A stretch of DNA of 64,000 nt. Origin: an uncultured Methanolobus sp. (GTDB lineage Archaea; Halobacteriota; Methanosarcinia; Methanosarcinales; Methanosarcinaceae). Numbering within the stretch: the stretch's first letter is position 1; the number at the start of each line of letters is the position of its first letter. The notes under the pieces were generated by a model. The model was given only the letters and a program-made list of their open reading frames with translations. It was not told where the DNA came from and ran no database searches. This document shows positions 29,756 through 39,856 of the stretch, piece by piece. The position numbers were made by a program, and so were the translations under genes. The DNA lies in the NCBI GenBank assembly GCA_963675495.1, contig OY776215.1:2810009-2874008 (forward strand), given 5' to 3'.

Positions 29756-32533
29756 TCAGAAGCCCTGATCCTCTATGGTAAATGAAAAAGTACTTCCTTT
29801 TCCCTCTTCACTTTCGAGCCATATTTTTCCATTGTGCATTTCAACGAAACGTTTTACAAGGGCCAGTCCCAGGCCAGTCCCGCCGTGTTTTCTTTTATTT
29901 GACGCATCAACCTGCATAAAAGGATTGAATATATCCTCTTTCATGTGTTCTGGGATTCCAATACCAGTGTCTGAAACAGATATTTGGATACCATTATTTG
30001 TTCTGGTATTAACGATGGTGACTTCTCCTGAATCTGGAGTAAATTTAATAGCATTACTGAGTAAATTGAACATTATTTGTTTGAACTTCAATTTATCCGC
30101 AAATATCTCAATACCGTTAATTTCATCGAGTAATTTCAAATCAATATTTTTTTTATTAGCCAATGGATGCATAGATGCCTGAATCTCAGTCAGTGTTTGA
30201 GAAACAGCGACTTGTTCACAATCAAGTTCCATCTTGCCGGCTTCTATTTTGGACAAGTCAAGAACGTCATTTATAAGTTCTAAAAGGTGCTTCCCACTTT
30301 TGCTTATATGAGCTACATGTCTGGTCTGTTTTTCATTCAGCTCGCCGAACATATTAGAACTCAGTACATCTGAAAACCCTATTATGGTTGTAAGGGGGGT
30401 GCGCAGTTCATGACTCATATTTGCAAGGAACTCTGATTTGATGCGGTCATTTTCTTCTGCCAGCATTTTAGCCTGGATCAAAGAGTGTTCTGCCCTTTTC
30501 TTTTCAGTAACGTCACTTGTAAACACAATATAACGTGTTTCTGAAAGTTTGATGGCATCCATCCTCATCCAGTAAGCATTTTTGTCCTTGTGAATGGCAA
30601 GCAATTCAACAGTTGTAAAGCCATAGCACTTCACTTCATAATTACCTTGATATGCCTTGGGGTGGAATTCTGGACTTATAAGGTCAAAACCAGTCATTTC
30701 TAACAATTCACTCTCAGAGTATCCTGTAATTACAGAGGCAGTCTTGTTAACTTCCAGATATTTCCAGTTTTCATCGGCTATAAAAATTCCATACGGTGCA
30801 TTCTTAATATAGTTTCTAAATTTAGCTTCACTTTCTCTCAGAGAATCTTCAGCTAGCTTCCGTTCAGTAATATCGTGGTAGTTGAGCATTATTCCTTTTA
30901 TAGCGGGTTCATGCAAGAGGTTAATAGCTGTGAATTCTATCCATTTGTAATTGCCGTTTTTACAGAGATATCTGGTTTCTGCAGTTTTCTCTGCTTCTGG
31001 GATGCGAAGGAGCATGGAAAAAAGATTTTTTGCGTCCTCCTGGTCGTCAGGATGAATGTTATCCCATACAGAAGCACCGATGAGCTCCTCCGTTCTCCAC
31101 CCGAACCACTTCTCTACATTTGGACTTTTGTATCTGTTTATTCCGTCATTGTCAATGATAGCTATTATATCAGTACTGTTTGCGATCATTGCACTATGTT
31201 TGGCTTCACTTTCACGCAAGGCATCTTCAGCTTGCTTGCGCTCAGTTATGTCATGGTAATTCAATAGAATTCCCATTATGGCTGGATCTTCCAGGAGGTT
31301 AGTGGCTGTAAATTCTATCCATTTGTAATTACCATCCTTACAACGATACCTGGATTCTGCATTTACTGAAGCACCTGGCATGTCTACGATCGTAGCAACT
31401 ATTTCTTGTGTATGGATCAGGTTATCAGGATGGATATTTTCTAATGCGGGCATTCCAACAATCTCTTCTGGTTGCCATCCGAACCATTTTTCGATATTAG
31501 GACTTTTGTATCTGTTTATTCCCTTCTTATCGATGATAGCTATAACATCTGAAATGTTTGCAATCATTGTGCTCTGTTTTGCGTCACTTTGTATTAGAGC
31601 TTCTTCTGCATGTTTCTGCTTAGTTATATCTCTGAACTCAACAACCCGTACCATTTTTCCTTTGTATGGGATGTTCTTTGCCTCTAACCAGAGGGGATAT
31701 TCTGTACCATCTTTCCGACGGCCTATTGCTTCATATGGTTCTTCGTAACCTGCATTGATATTGTTTATTACTTGATTTCTGTAACTTTCGGCCATAAGCA
31801 GTAGTCCATCCATCCCGATTAGTTCATCAAGTGTGTAACCGGTTATTTCGGAAAGACCTAAGTTACAGTCAATTATAATATTTTCATAATGAATGAAGAT
31901 ACCACCAAAAGATGCGTTGTGGAGTGCTTTGAATCTCTCTTCGCTTTCCTTTAGTTCGTTTTCTGCCCTCTTATGAAAAATAGATGCTCCGATACCATCG
32001 GCAATTACGGTAAGAAGGTTAATGTCATCTTTGTGCCATTTACGAGCTTGTACACAATCATCAAATCCTATGAAACCCCAGAATTCTTTGCCTGCAAAAA
32101 TTGGAATTATCAGTATCGAAAGAATACCTTGCTCAGAAAGAATTGTTTTTTCCGGATCATCGAGTTCTTCTATTATGTGTGCAAAGTGATTCCTTGCTTC
32201 AAATATGGGTAATAGTGTCGGCGCTCCTTCACTGTACGGTAAGTGTTGAAGATCAGGGTTATCTATTTGCGGTTCGATATCTTCAGATACTATCTCATTG
32301 GTTTGTGACATGCAAAGACCTAATTCAGGGTCATCTTCGTTTTGGAAAATATATGATCTGCTATTCTGAACAGTGTTATGAATTTCACTAAGTATTTGGG
32401 GTAAGATATTTTCAATGCTATCCGGTTCAAGTAAAAGACGCATGCATTTGACTGTTGCCATCTCATAATCCAGCCTTCTTTTGAGTGATTCTTCAATCTT
32501 TATCAGGTCTTCACTTTTATCTGAGATGTTCAT
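29756..32533 (-). CDS. GAF-PAS(x4) sensor histidine kinase
   Basis: GAF (GFIGFDDC..RKW), duplicated PAS (YKSPN.EKWFGW), SHELRTPL, NLLSNAIKFT, GTGLGL. Confidence 0.93.
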   Translation of the reverse strand: MNISDKSEDLIKIEESLKRRLDYEMATVKCMRLLLEPDSIENILPQILSEIHNTVQNSRSYIFQNEDDPELGLCMSQTNEIVSEDIEPQIDNPDLQHLPYSEGAPTLLPIFEARNHFAHIIEELDDPEKTILSEQGILSILIIPIFAGKEFWGFIGFDDCVQARKWHKDDINLLTVIADGIGASIFHKRAENELKESEERFKALHNASFGGIFIHYENIIIDCNLGLSEITGYTLDELIGMDGLLLMAESYRNQVINNINAGYEEPYEAIGRRKDGTEYPLWLEAKNIPYKGKMVRVVEFRDITKQKHAEEALIQSDAKQSTMIANISDVIAIIDKKGINRYKSPNIEKWFGWQPEEIVGMPALENIHPDNLIHTQEIVATIVDMPGASVNAESRYRCKDGNYKWIEFTATNLLEDPAIMGILLNYHDITERKQAEDALRESEAKHSAMIANSTDIIAIIDNDGINRYKSPNVEKWFGWRTEELIGASVWDNIHPDDQEDAKNLFSMLLRIPEAEKTAETRYLCKNGNYKWIEFTAINLLHEPAIKGIMLNYHDITERKLAEDSLRESEAKFRNYIKNAPYGIFIADENWKYLEVNKTASVITGYSESELLEMTGFDLISPEFHPKAYQGNYEVKCYGFTTVELLAIHKDKNAYWMRMDAIKLSETRYIVFTSDVTEKKRAEHSLIQAKMLAEENDRIKSEFLANMSHELRTPLTTIIGFSDVLSSNMFGELNEKQTRHVAHISKSGKHLLELINDVLDLSKIEAGKMELDCEQVAVSQTLTEIQASMHPLANKKNIDLKLLDEINGIEIFADKLKFKQIMFNLLSNAIKFTPDSGEVTIVNTRTNNGIQISVSDTGIGIPEHMKEDIFNPFMQVDASNKRKHGGTGLGLALVKRFVEMHNGKIWLESEEGKGSTFSFTIEDQGF

Positions 32534-32750
32534 TTCATCAAATTCCTTTATTAATGCTGAATACTGGTGTTCTGCGACTCAGATTTCTTTGAGAGTATCA
32601 ATTTTAAATTGTGTATCAATGAAAATTATGTTAGATTTCAATATCTATTGTATGTACTGCCCATTTATATAATCTTATATATGTTTTTTGATATTTGGTA
32701 GGTCTCGAAACAAAACCTTTAAGGCTGTTTGGCTGATATGCCACTAAAAT

Positions 32751-33371
32751 ATGCTTTTTATCAATGAGTTCCTGTTATCCGGAATAATTCTTGGTTTTGC
32801 TGCAGGTATCTCTCCAGGACCACTAATGGCAATGATAATTTCCGAAAGCATACAGCATGGGTCAAGAGAAGGAATTAAGGTTGCATTATCTCCACTGATG
32901 ACAGATTTTTTAATTGTATCATCCATTCTGCTAATCCTGTCGCATTTTGGAAACCAGGATTTTGTGATTGCTATCATCAGTTTGTCAGGTGCTGTTTACC
33001 TGATATATCTTGGGATATCTTCATTTAGATCTGAAAACAATGATCTTGACATTGCAATTCAAAAGAGAGATTCGTTGAAGAAGGGAATTTTAGTCAATTT
33101 CCTGAGCCCGCATCCTTACCTGTTCTGGATTACAATTGGTGGCCCTATTCTTTTCAAGGCACTTGATGTTGACATGTTGGCTAGCGTTTTGTTTGTTTTC
33201 GGATTTTATGCTCTTCTTGTGGGCTCAAAGATTTTGATTGCACTTGTTGTAGGAAAATCCGGCCATTTCCTGAAAAGCAACTATTATCTTTGTACTATAC
33301 GTTTGTTAGGTGTGGTTTATCTTGTTTTTGCTTTCTTTTTCATAGAGCAAGGTCTTGATTTGCTGGGCTGA
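32751..33371 (+). CDS. LysE family translocator
   Basis: GISPGPL, GAVYLIYLG, NFLSPHPYLFW. Confidence 0.9.
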   Translation: MLFINEFLLSGIILGFAAGISPGPLMAMIISESIQHGSREGIKVALSPLMTDFLIVSSILLILSHFGNQDFVIAIISLSGAVYLIYLGISSFRSENNDLDIAIQKRDSLKKGILVNFLSPHPYLFWITIGGPILFKALDVDMLASVLFVFGFYALLVGSKILIALVVGKSGHFLKSNYYLCTIRLLGVVYLVFAFFFIEQGLDLLG

Positions 33372-33735
33372 CTACAGTTTTTTTAGTAAAATTTACTCAA
33401 AATCTCATCTTTTAATTACATTTCTTATTGCTGCAGTATTAATTATGGTAGAATGTGAATTACTTTCAAAATGTGGATTCTTTAATAGTTACCAGTCAGA
33501 AAAGTAAGTAGCAAGCAAGGGATTCATTGCCTTGTATTGTAAAGGTCCTAAAATGGGTGAGTGTAAAAGAAAAATTTATAGGAAAGAGAACGGTGTTGTT
33601 CCTCCAGATGGCATGATGCCTTCAGGATTAATGATTACAAATTGATTTTATGTTTGCCTGAATATTTAAAGTAATGTAACTATTATTGAGTCAATTAAAA
33701 GTGCAGACTCAATTCCGCCCTTTTTATTTTTGTAT

Positions 33736-34515
33736 TCAGGATATTACAACACCATATTTAGCAAATACTTTGGCACATGCCAACCTGAGCTTTTCAGAGT
33801 CTGTTTTGATATCTGTTAAATTACCCGATGTTACGGAGTTATTCAGTACTTCAATGGCGCTATCAACCTGAGCAAGGGCAGGTTCGTATCCATCATCTGC
33901 ACTTTCCGGTTTTTCCGCATCCTTAACAGCCTGCCATTCATCTTTCAGCGTAGGGATATAGGCCGCAACCATTTCTGTATTGTTGGCATTTGCAGCATCA
34001 ATTGCTTCTTCCATCGATGCATGGAATACAGTAAGGAGATCACCCATCTGCACAACATCGTTCCTTTCGTGCAGGCCGAAGAAAAGGTCCCTCATGATTT
34101 CAAGGGTGCTATGCGCAGTTTCAATGTCGCCTTCTTCGAGTATTTCCTGCGAAGATTCTGCTATCAGAACTGCTCTTTTTATTTCACTTGCCCAGTTTTT
34201 ATCATTGGCATACATTTCAGGTGGTGCTTCTCCATATGCATCAGATACATAGGTAAGCTTGCCTACAAGTTCATCAATAGAGGATTTAGATGCGGATATA
34301 TTTTTCTCACTTGTTGATACAAGTGCTTCAATATATACTGTATTTGCTTCTGCCATGATCCCAGCAAATTCTGTTTCATTTACAGTGACAGGAATTGCTG
34401 TTGTATGATCGTTATTTTTGACTTGTTCATCAACGCAACCTGCAATAAGAAAAGTCGATATTATTATGAGGAAATAAACAAAAATTAACTTCATTTTCAT
34501 AAGTATATGCACCAT
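33736..34515 (-). CDS. Hypothetical helical lipoprotein
   Basis: Hydrophobic signal ending LIAGC, amphipathic helices, AHSTLE.MR and FHASME motifs. True start may be about 34500. Confidence 0.7.
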   Translation of the reverse strand: MVHILMKMKLIFVYFLIIISTFLIAGCVDEQVKNNDHTTAIPVTVNETEFAGIMAEANTVYIEALVSTSEKNISASKSSIDELVGKLTYVSDAYGEAPPEMYANDKNWASEIKRAVLIAESSQEILEEGDIETAHSTLEIMRDLFFGLHERNDVVQMGDLLTVFHASMEEAIDAANANNTEMVAAYIPTLKDEWQAVKDAEKPESADDGYEPALAQVDSAIEVLNNSVTSGNLTDIKTDSEKLRLACAKVFAKYGVVIS

Positions 34516-34578
34516 GCAAAAGTAGGATTTGCCACAATATAAATTTATGTGACTTAATTAATCATAAATTTTATTTAA

Positions 34579-34651
34579 TTCTGAGGTGTGTGCAATTACT
34601 GACGAGGTACTAAAGTTAGGAGGATTCAGAGAAAGAAACCACACCTCAGAA
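34579..34651 (-). ncRNA. Candidate hairpin RNA with a CCTCC-containing loop
   Basis: 12-bp perfect inverted repeat TTCTGAGGTGTG / CACACCTCAGAA. TATA-like sequence at about 34675-34683 on the minus strand. Confidence 0.3.
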
Positions 34652-34756
34652 CAAATGTTTACTATACCAATTCTTTATTATATCTAATGGTTTTAATAAT
34701 TTATGGTGTATATATGACGCGCCTTATATATCTGCCTAGTACGATATTCCCGGATG

Positions 34757-34796
<40 letters not shown>

Positions 34797-34931
34797 TCAG
34801 TATTCAGAATATGTTCTACTATAATATTTGTTAGTTAATAACAAAAAAGAATGGGCGCATTTAAATATAGCATTTGCTCATTTATCATTCGAATACTTTT
34901 TAAAAAAGTAACCACTCATAAGTAAAAGGAA

Positions 34932-35495
34932 ATGATTCAAATGAAGGTAGTAGGTTTTGTTGGAAGTCCTAGAAAGAATGGAAACACCGATGTACTTGTC
35001 CAGCAGGTTCTTGATGGAGCAGTAGAAGCAGGTGCTGAGGTAGAAACGTTCTATATTAATGATATGGATATAAAGGGATGTCAGGGGTGTAATTATTGTA
35101 GAGCTGTGGATGAATGCAAACTCAATGATGACATGACAAAAGCCTATGAAGCTTTAAAGACTGCAGATGGATTTGTATTTGGATCACCAATATACTTCTA
35201 CCAGTTAACAGGTCAGATGAGACAGTTTATTGATCGTTGCTTTGCTCTTATTAATCCAGATTTCACCTCACGCCTGGATGCAGGTAAAAAGGCTGTCATA
35301 GTAGGTGCACAAGGCGCTCCGGAGGCTGAAGCTTTTAAATCTGTATATGAAGAATTCTCACGAATCCTGCAAATGTTCGGAATGGATGTCAAAGGCACTT
35401 TTGTGGACATAGGCCATCATGCACCTGGTGAGGTTAAGGAAAATGCCGAACTCATGGAAGAGGCAAAGGCAGCTGGTTCCCAGCTTTTGAAATAA
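34932..35495 (+). CDS. Iron-sulfur flavoprotein (flavodoxin/NADPH-FMN reductase family)
   Basis: GSPRKNGNT, CQGCNYC....C..DDM, GSPIY, FIDR. Confidence 0.9.
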   Translation: MIQMKVVGFVGSPRKNGNTDVLVQQVLDGAVEAGAEVETFYINDMDIKGCQGCNYCRAVDECKLNDDMTKAYEALKTADGFVFGSPIYFYQLTGQMRQFIDRCFALINPDFTSRLDAGKKAVIVGAQGAPEAEAFKSVYEEFSRILQMFGMDVKGTFVDIGHHAPGEVKENAELMEEAKAAGSQLLK

Positions 35496-35511
35496 TTCTC
35501 AGTTTAATAGC

Positions 35512-35538
35512 ATGCACTATGAGTGCATGTATTTTTTT
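35512..35538 (+). terminator. Hairpin plus T-tract terminator
   Basis: CATGCAC-TATGA-GTGCATG followed by a T-run. Confidence 0.55.
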
Positions 35539-35602
35539 AGCATTTTAATTTGCAGTTGTTCTCAAGCAATTGATGACAATAAATAAAGATTAAAGAAGGG
35601 AG

Positions 35603-36655
35603 CTAATCCCTGTCATTAATTGCAATGAACTCTGCATAGACCGGATAATGATCAGATACTGCCACAGTTTCATCATATGTTAAGTTGTATTCCAGATCAT
35701 ATCTGAAGACCCCGAAATCTCCTGTAAAGTCACTGTGGTCTGTCAGTATTATTCTGTCATATGTGTAGTCCGTTGCTTTTGTGGTGGTATCATGTGTGTC
35801 ATCAATTACCCAGTAGTATTCATCAAGGTCTGAGCTTGAATCTTCATTGAAGTATGAACCATCAGCATTTAAATCTCCCAGAATTATGAAATCCTGCTCA
35901 TCCGGGTAGACGTTCTGTGCATGTGCAAGGGCTTCATCCAGGGCGTTTATTTCTTCGGTGGCCTCATCAGGATCTGTATGTATCACTATTATAACAGCAT
36001 CATAATTGCCATTGACCGCCCTGAAAGATGCAATGTAAGGTTGCCTGTGGAACGGATCTGTTCCTTCTGGTTCAGGGTAGGGCAATGCTTCGCTTGTAAT
36101 TAATATCGTGTCGGTGTTATAGACATAGGCGTATTGTTCTTTGCTTGTGGTTCTTCCCATTCTTTCGCTAACAACAAATTCATAGTTTGAACCATCAGAG
36201 TTTACAAGTTCTATCAGTTCAGGAAGGGCTGTTTGTGACTTGTCCCTTATTTCCTGGATGGCTACTATGTCATAGGTCCTGATAATATCTGCAAGGACTG
36301 CCATTACTTCCGGTTTATCAGCCTTTGAGACTCCAAATACCTGAATATTGAATGCACCAATTCGCAATTTATCAGTTAGTTTTATTTTTGGTTCAGGTTC
36401 AGGAGCCTGTTTAATATGATTACTGTCTTCGTCATCGGAAATATCGGTAGTAGAGGCTAGAGGGCTTTGGTTCTCTTTATTTACAGACTGCTCGATATTT
36501 TCCTGCACATTTGTTTGAATTCCTATATTCTCTGTTTGTTTGTCAATTAGGATTATTTCATCTGTAACATTTGTATTTTTCTCATTTGAAAGGCAACCGG
36601 TTGTAAAACTTGCTAACACACAGATTAGAATGAATAGACTAACAATTTTTTGCAT
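35603..36655 (-). CDS. Secreted DNase I-like (EEP family) lipoprotein
   Basis: FTTGC lipobox, GAFNIQVFG, YDIVAIQEIRD, GRTTSKEQYAYVY, GDLNAD, YDRII, VSDHYPV. Confidence 0.88.
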   Translation of the reverse strand: MQKIVSLFILICVLASFTTGCLSNEKNTNVTDEIILIDKQTENIGIQTNVQENIEQSVNKENQSPLASTTDISDDEDSNHIKQAPEPEPKIKLTDKLRIGAFNIQVFGVSKADKPEVMAVLADIIRTYDIVAIQEIRDKSQTALPELIELVNSDGSNYEFVVSERMGRTTSKEQYAYVYNTDTILITSEALPYPEPEGTDPFHRQPYIASFRAVNGNYDAVIIVIHTDPDEATEEINALDEALAHAQNVYPDEQDFIILGDLNADGSYFNEDSSSDLDEYYWVIDDTHDTTTKATDYTYDRIILTDHSDFTGDFGVFRYDLEYNLTYDETVAVSDHYPVYAEFIAINDRD

Positions 36656-36825
36656 CGTATGATACTCCATTTGAATATCATTTGATTGCACGCTAGCGAT
36701 TTAAACTTATAGTCCATCTTTAGAAGCTGTTTTTACTTTAAAATAAGTAATTTATAATTTTGCATGAAAAATATTACTTGCAGGTACAGATAAGTTATTA
36801 AATAAGTATAATTATTAAAAAATGA

Positions 36826-36867
<42 letters not shown>

Positions 36868-36884
36868 TAGAATACGCAACAACA

Positions 36885-37121
36885 TTATGGCCTGCTAACT
36901 TCTGCATTTTGTATTGTGTGTGAGACATTTATAGTACTTTTAGTGACAGGACAGTCTTCGAGTATATTGTCATTGAAGGAAATAACTGGCACAGGATTTT
37001 TCATATCAGGATGGCCGCAATAATATGCGGTTCCAACTTTAGTTCTCCCTGAAACTCCTGCGCATTTGGAATAAAGGGGAATATGCTTTCTATAATTACA
37101 TGTTGAGCAGTTCATTTTCAT
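36885..37121 (-). CDS. Small Cys-rich hypothetical protein
   Basis: CSTC...C...YYCGHP...CP pattern, AAGGA RBS. Confidence 0.55.
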   Translation of the reverse strand: MKMNCSTCNYRKHIPLYSKCAGVSGRTKVGTAYYCGHPDMKNPVPVISFNDNILEDCPVTKSTINVSHTIQNAEVSRP

Positions 37122-37360
37122 TGTCCTTGATGTTGGTTAGTGCGAAATTGATAAAGTTTGCAGTAAATAGTTAACTTAGTTAAATAGAGAATGCAATATA
37201 AATATGGCAATAAATATATTTATGTCGATTTGTTACATTATTGTCTTTTATTATATTTATGCTAAACCCTATAGTATACTGTTACTATTATATGCCTATG
37301 TATATTTTTTCAATAACAGCTGGCATATTTTATATAGTATGCCTACTAATGTTTCAAATG

Positions 37361-37460
37361 ACAAAAAGGAAGCATTATAATACCACCACAATCTCATTAT
37401 AGTACCATACCAACCAACTTTATATTATGAGAATATTATGCTTCCTGATTGTACTTTTGT
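37361..37460 (+). ncRNA. Candidate stand-alone sRNA with ACCACC/ACCAACC bulge and loop
   Basis: Stem AGGAAGCAT (37367-37375) / ATGCTTCCT (37438-37446), inner TCTCAT/ATGAGA. TATA box TTTATATA at 37329-37336. No + strand ORF follows. Confidence 0.5.
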
Positions 37461-37617
37461 TGACAAGTGATACTCAGAGAAGTAATCATTTTTAAATTAT
37501 AATGCTAAAATAAAAAAGGGGTAGGCTCTCAACAGAGCTGAAATCTTCATTTGAGTAATTAAAGTAACCTTGATCAAGTTGGTTTATTTGTTAAATTCTC
37601 TTGCTTTGCAATCATGA

Positions 37618-38040
37618 TCAAACAATTCCCAGATCAAGTGCCAGTGACAATATTATTGCAATTATTGAGAAAGCAAATATCACCAAATAATTCATGCGCT
37701 CCTTTGATACTGACAAACTCCACATAATGTATTGTAATCCACGGTAGTCATCATCGCTCAAAGGAGTCTTGTTCTCTATTTTTTCCAGTAGTTCCATGTC
37801 CTTAAGAACACTCACCCTGCGTGTTGCAATATGATATCTGTGTGCAAAGAACACCAGGTATCCAAGGACGCCCAGGTAGAAAAGAGTTTTTGCCAGAATC
37901 CCATTGTAATAATCTGCAATGATTATCAATCTAAGAAATATTGCTGATATCATTCCTACCCAGAAGTAGAACTGGATTCTCTTCATGCCGTAGGCCTCAG
38001 GGACATGTATGCTGTTTAATTTATTGACAATTTGAGTCAT
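37618..38040 (-). CDS. Hypothetical three-TM membrane protein
   Basis: 140-aa ORF with three hydrophobic segments, FAHRY and SLSVSKE motifs. Confidence 0.7.
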   Translation of the reverse strand: MTQIVNKLNSIHVPEAYGMKRIQFYFWVGMISAIFLRLIIIADYYNGILAKTLFYLGVLGYLVFFAHRYHIATRRVSVLKDMELLEKIENKTPLSDDDYRGLQYIMWSLSVSKERMNYLVIFAFSIIAIILSLALDLGIV

Positions 38041-38057
38041 TGTATCTTTCTACCTGT

Positions 38058-38250
38058 ATTTTTTTCTAAATTTGTCTGATCGAAAAGCTACGTTTTTCAA
38101 CTTACTTTTTACTTCTATAAACAGAATCCTTTTACCGTCTTTTTATTATTTAAATATTTCGGCAAATGTAGTTTTGCTCATAAAGTACCTCAATTTGTGA
38201 TCAACTGCCTATTTTATAGTCAAGTAACCTACATTGTAGTAAAATAAGTT
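38058..38250 (-). promoter_or_regulatory. Promoter module type II, copy 1 (20-bp tandem units)
   Basis: Homologous to 48157-48347. Units at 38191, 38211 and 38231 with core TTRTAGTCAA. Confidence 0.6.
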
Positions 38251-38345
38251 ACTAGCAAATCATTCTATACTATTGATTGGACAAAATATCCATAAAAAGA
38301 AAAATAAGGTTTAATTCAAGCTATTAGTGTGTCAAAAATTTACCA

Positions 38346-38615
38346 TCAGATGACTATTGAGGATTCTAAACGACACCCTTTAAGCAATCCATAACTGGAA
38401 ACACAAAATGGTATAACAAAGTTCATTCCGATTTTTATCCATGTAAAAGTGCTTGCAGCCCCACTTAAAATAACATCACTTTGATTGATGACTGATAAAA
38501 TTAAGCCGACAACAAGTGCCACTGGTAGACATGGTCGAAATGTCTTGCCATACAAAAATAGCTGGAACGCTTCGAACCAAGTCTTCAATTTAGCATTTTG
38601 TGAATTCGTATTCAT
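38346..38615 (-). CDS. NrtS-like small two-TM membrane protein
   Basis: ALVVGLILSVINQ.D.I...WIKI.MNFVIPFCVSSYG. Starts 28 nt after the rdhA-like gene. Confidence 0.7.
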   Translation of the reverse strand: MNTNSQNAKLKTWFEAFQLFLYGKTFRPCLPVALVVGLILSVINQSDVILSGAASTFTWIKIGMNFVIPFCVSSYGLLKGCRLESSIVI

Positions 38616-38643
38616 AATATTTGTTAATATCTGTCAATATTTG

Positions 38644-39831
38644 TCATTTAAATGAGGAATCTTCGAAAACCTCAATTTCTTTTTTTGGCATGAAAGCGAG
38701 AGGCTGCTTTGCGTAGTTTCTTTTTCCATATTTCTCACGGTGGGTTTCAAGAATCTCGTTCATAACATTTTCATCGCCTTTCATTCTTAGAACAAGTTCT
38801 TCATCGACACCTTGTGAAAAAGGACATGCAGACATGCATACTCCGCAACTTGTTCCCATTTTTGCCCACATTTCCATGCAAGATATGGTATCATGTTCCC
38901 AATATTTTCGTCCATCTTCGCTCACTGAACTTTCATGGGAGATAGCTTTTGACGGACAATTGTCTTCACAGCATCTGCATATTTCACAAAATTCATGTAC
39001 ACCAAAATCGATCATTTCATCTTCAATTAAAGGAAGATTTGTATGGACTGCAGCAAATTTTGTACGGTTCCCATATTTAGGATTTACAACTGCATTACAT
39101 CTGCCCATTTGGCCGAGTCCTGCCTTTTCGCCTAAGAATGAGAGGGGAGATTCATAAGAGGTGGAACTGTCTGTTATTGCATCATATCCCATATCCTTGA
39201 TATACATAACAAGTCTTGCTGCAACTTCTGAACTCTTAGCGTATCCCAGCATTGTGGACATTAGTAGTTCCTTATTGGGCCCACGATTAATGTAATCCAA
39301 TTCTAATGGTGCTGCAAATACAATTGCATACTCAAATCTTTGCTCAACTTTTTCCCCATATTTATATGATTTTTTACTAAAACCTCTATGTGTATATAGA
39401 TCACCAGGATCCACCTTAGTAATACCAACTACATCTATACCTGATAGTTTCACAAATTCTTTTATCAGGGTTGACATCGTTTCAGCAGGAATTTCCCTTT
39501 TTCTGGAATTTACTGCCATATTGTAAGCCTGGTCATCTATTTCACTTGCAACTCTCTGGTATTCCTGCATCAATTGAGCACTGGCATATTCGTGATCAGA
39601 TACATCTGCTCCCGCTCCCATAAATGGGTTCTTCGAAGCTTTCTCTCCCACTTTATCTTTTTCCTTATCCGGCATTCCCTTTCCAGTTGATATGTTACTG
39701 AAAAGTTTCATCTTAAGTTTCATATCCACTTCTTCATTGTCAGGATTTAGGGAATAGTACTCCTCATATTCCTTAGAACCTTTCTTTAATTTTAATCGAG
39801 AATAAAGTGTATCTCTCTCATCGTATTCCAT
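38644..39831 (-). CDS. Reductive dehalogenase-like (RdhA/QueG superfamily) cobalamin, 2x[4Fe-4S] protein without a Tat signal
   Basis: IKEFVKLSGIDVVGIT, AGLGQMGR, PKYGNRTKFAAVHTNLPL..D..IDFG, FCEICRCCEDNCPSKAI, C.EMW...GTSCGVCMSACPF. Confidence 0.85.
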   Translation of the reverse strand: MEYDERDTLYSRLKLKKGSKEYEEYYSLNPDNEEVDMKLKMKLFSNISTGKGMPDKEKDKVGEKASKNPFMGAGADVSDHEYASAQLMQEYQRVASEIDDQAYNMAVNSRKREIPAETMSTLIKEFVKLSGIDVVGITKVDPGDLYTHRGFSKKSYKYGEKVEQRFEYAIVFAAPLELDYINRGPNKELLMSTMLGYAKSSEVAARLVMYIKDMGYDAITDSSTSYESPLSFLGEKAGLGQMGRCNAVVNPKYGNRTKFAAVHTNLPLIEDEMIDFGVHEFCEICRCCEDNCPSKAISHESSVSEDGRKYWEHDTISCMEMWAKMGTSCGVCMSACPFSQGVDEELVLRMKGDENVMNEILETHREKYGKRNYAKQPLAFMPKKEIEVFEDSSFK

Positions 39832-39856
39832 AGTTGTTCACCTTTTTTAGCATAAA

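Noticed and set aside
34579-34651. CTGACGA...GAAAC inside an inverted repeat, resembling a type III hammerhead ribozyme
   Set aside because: There is no room for stem I, no stem II pairing (no G-C closing pair before GAAA), and the cleavage triplet would be GUG.
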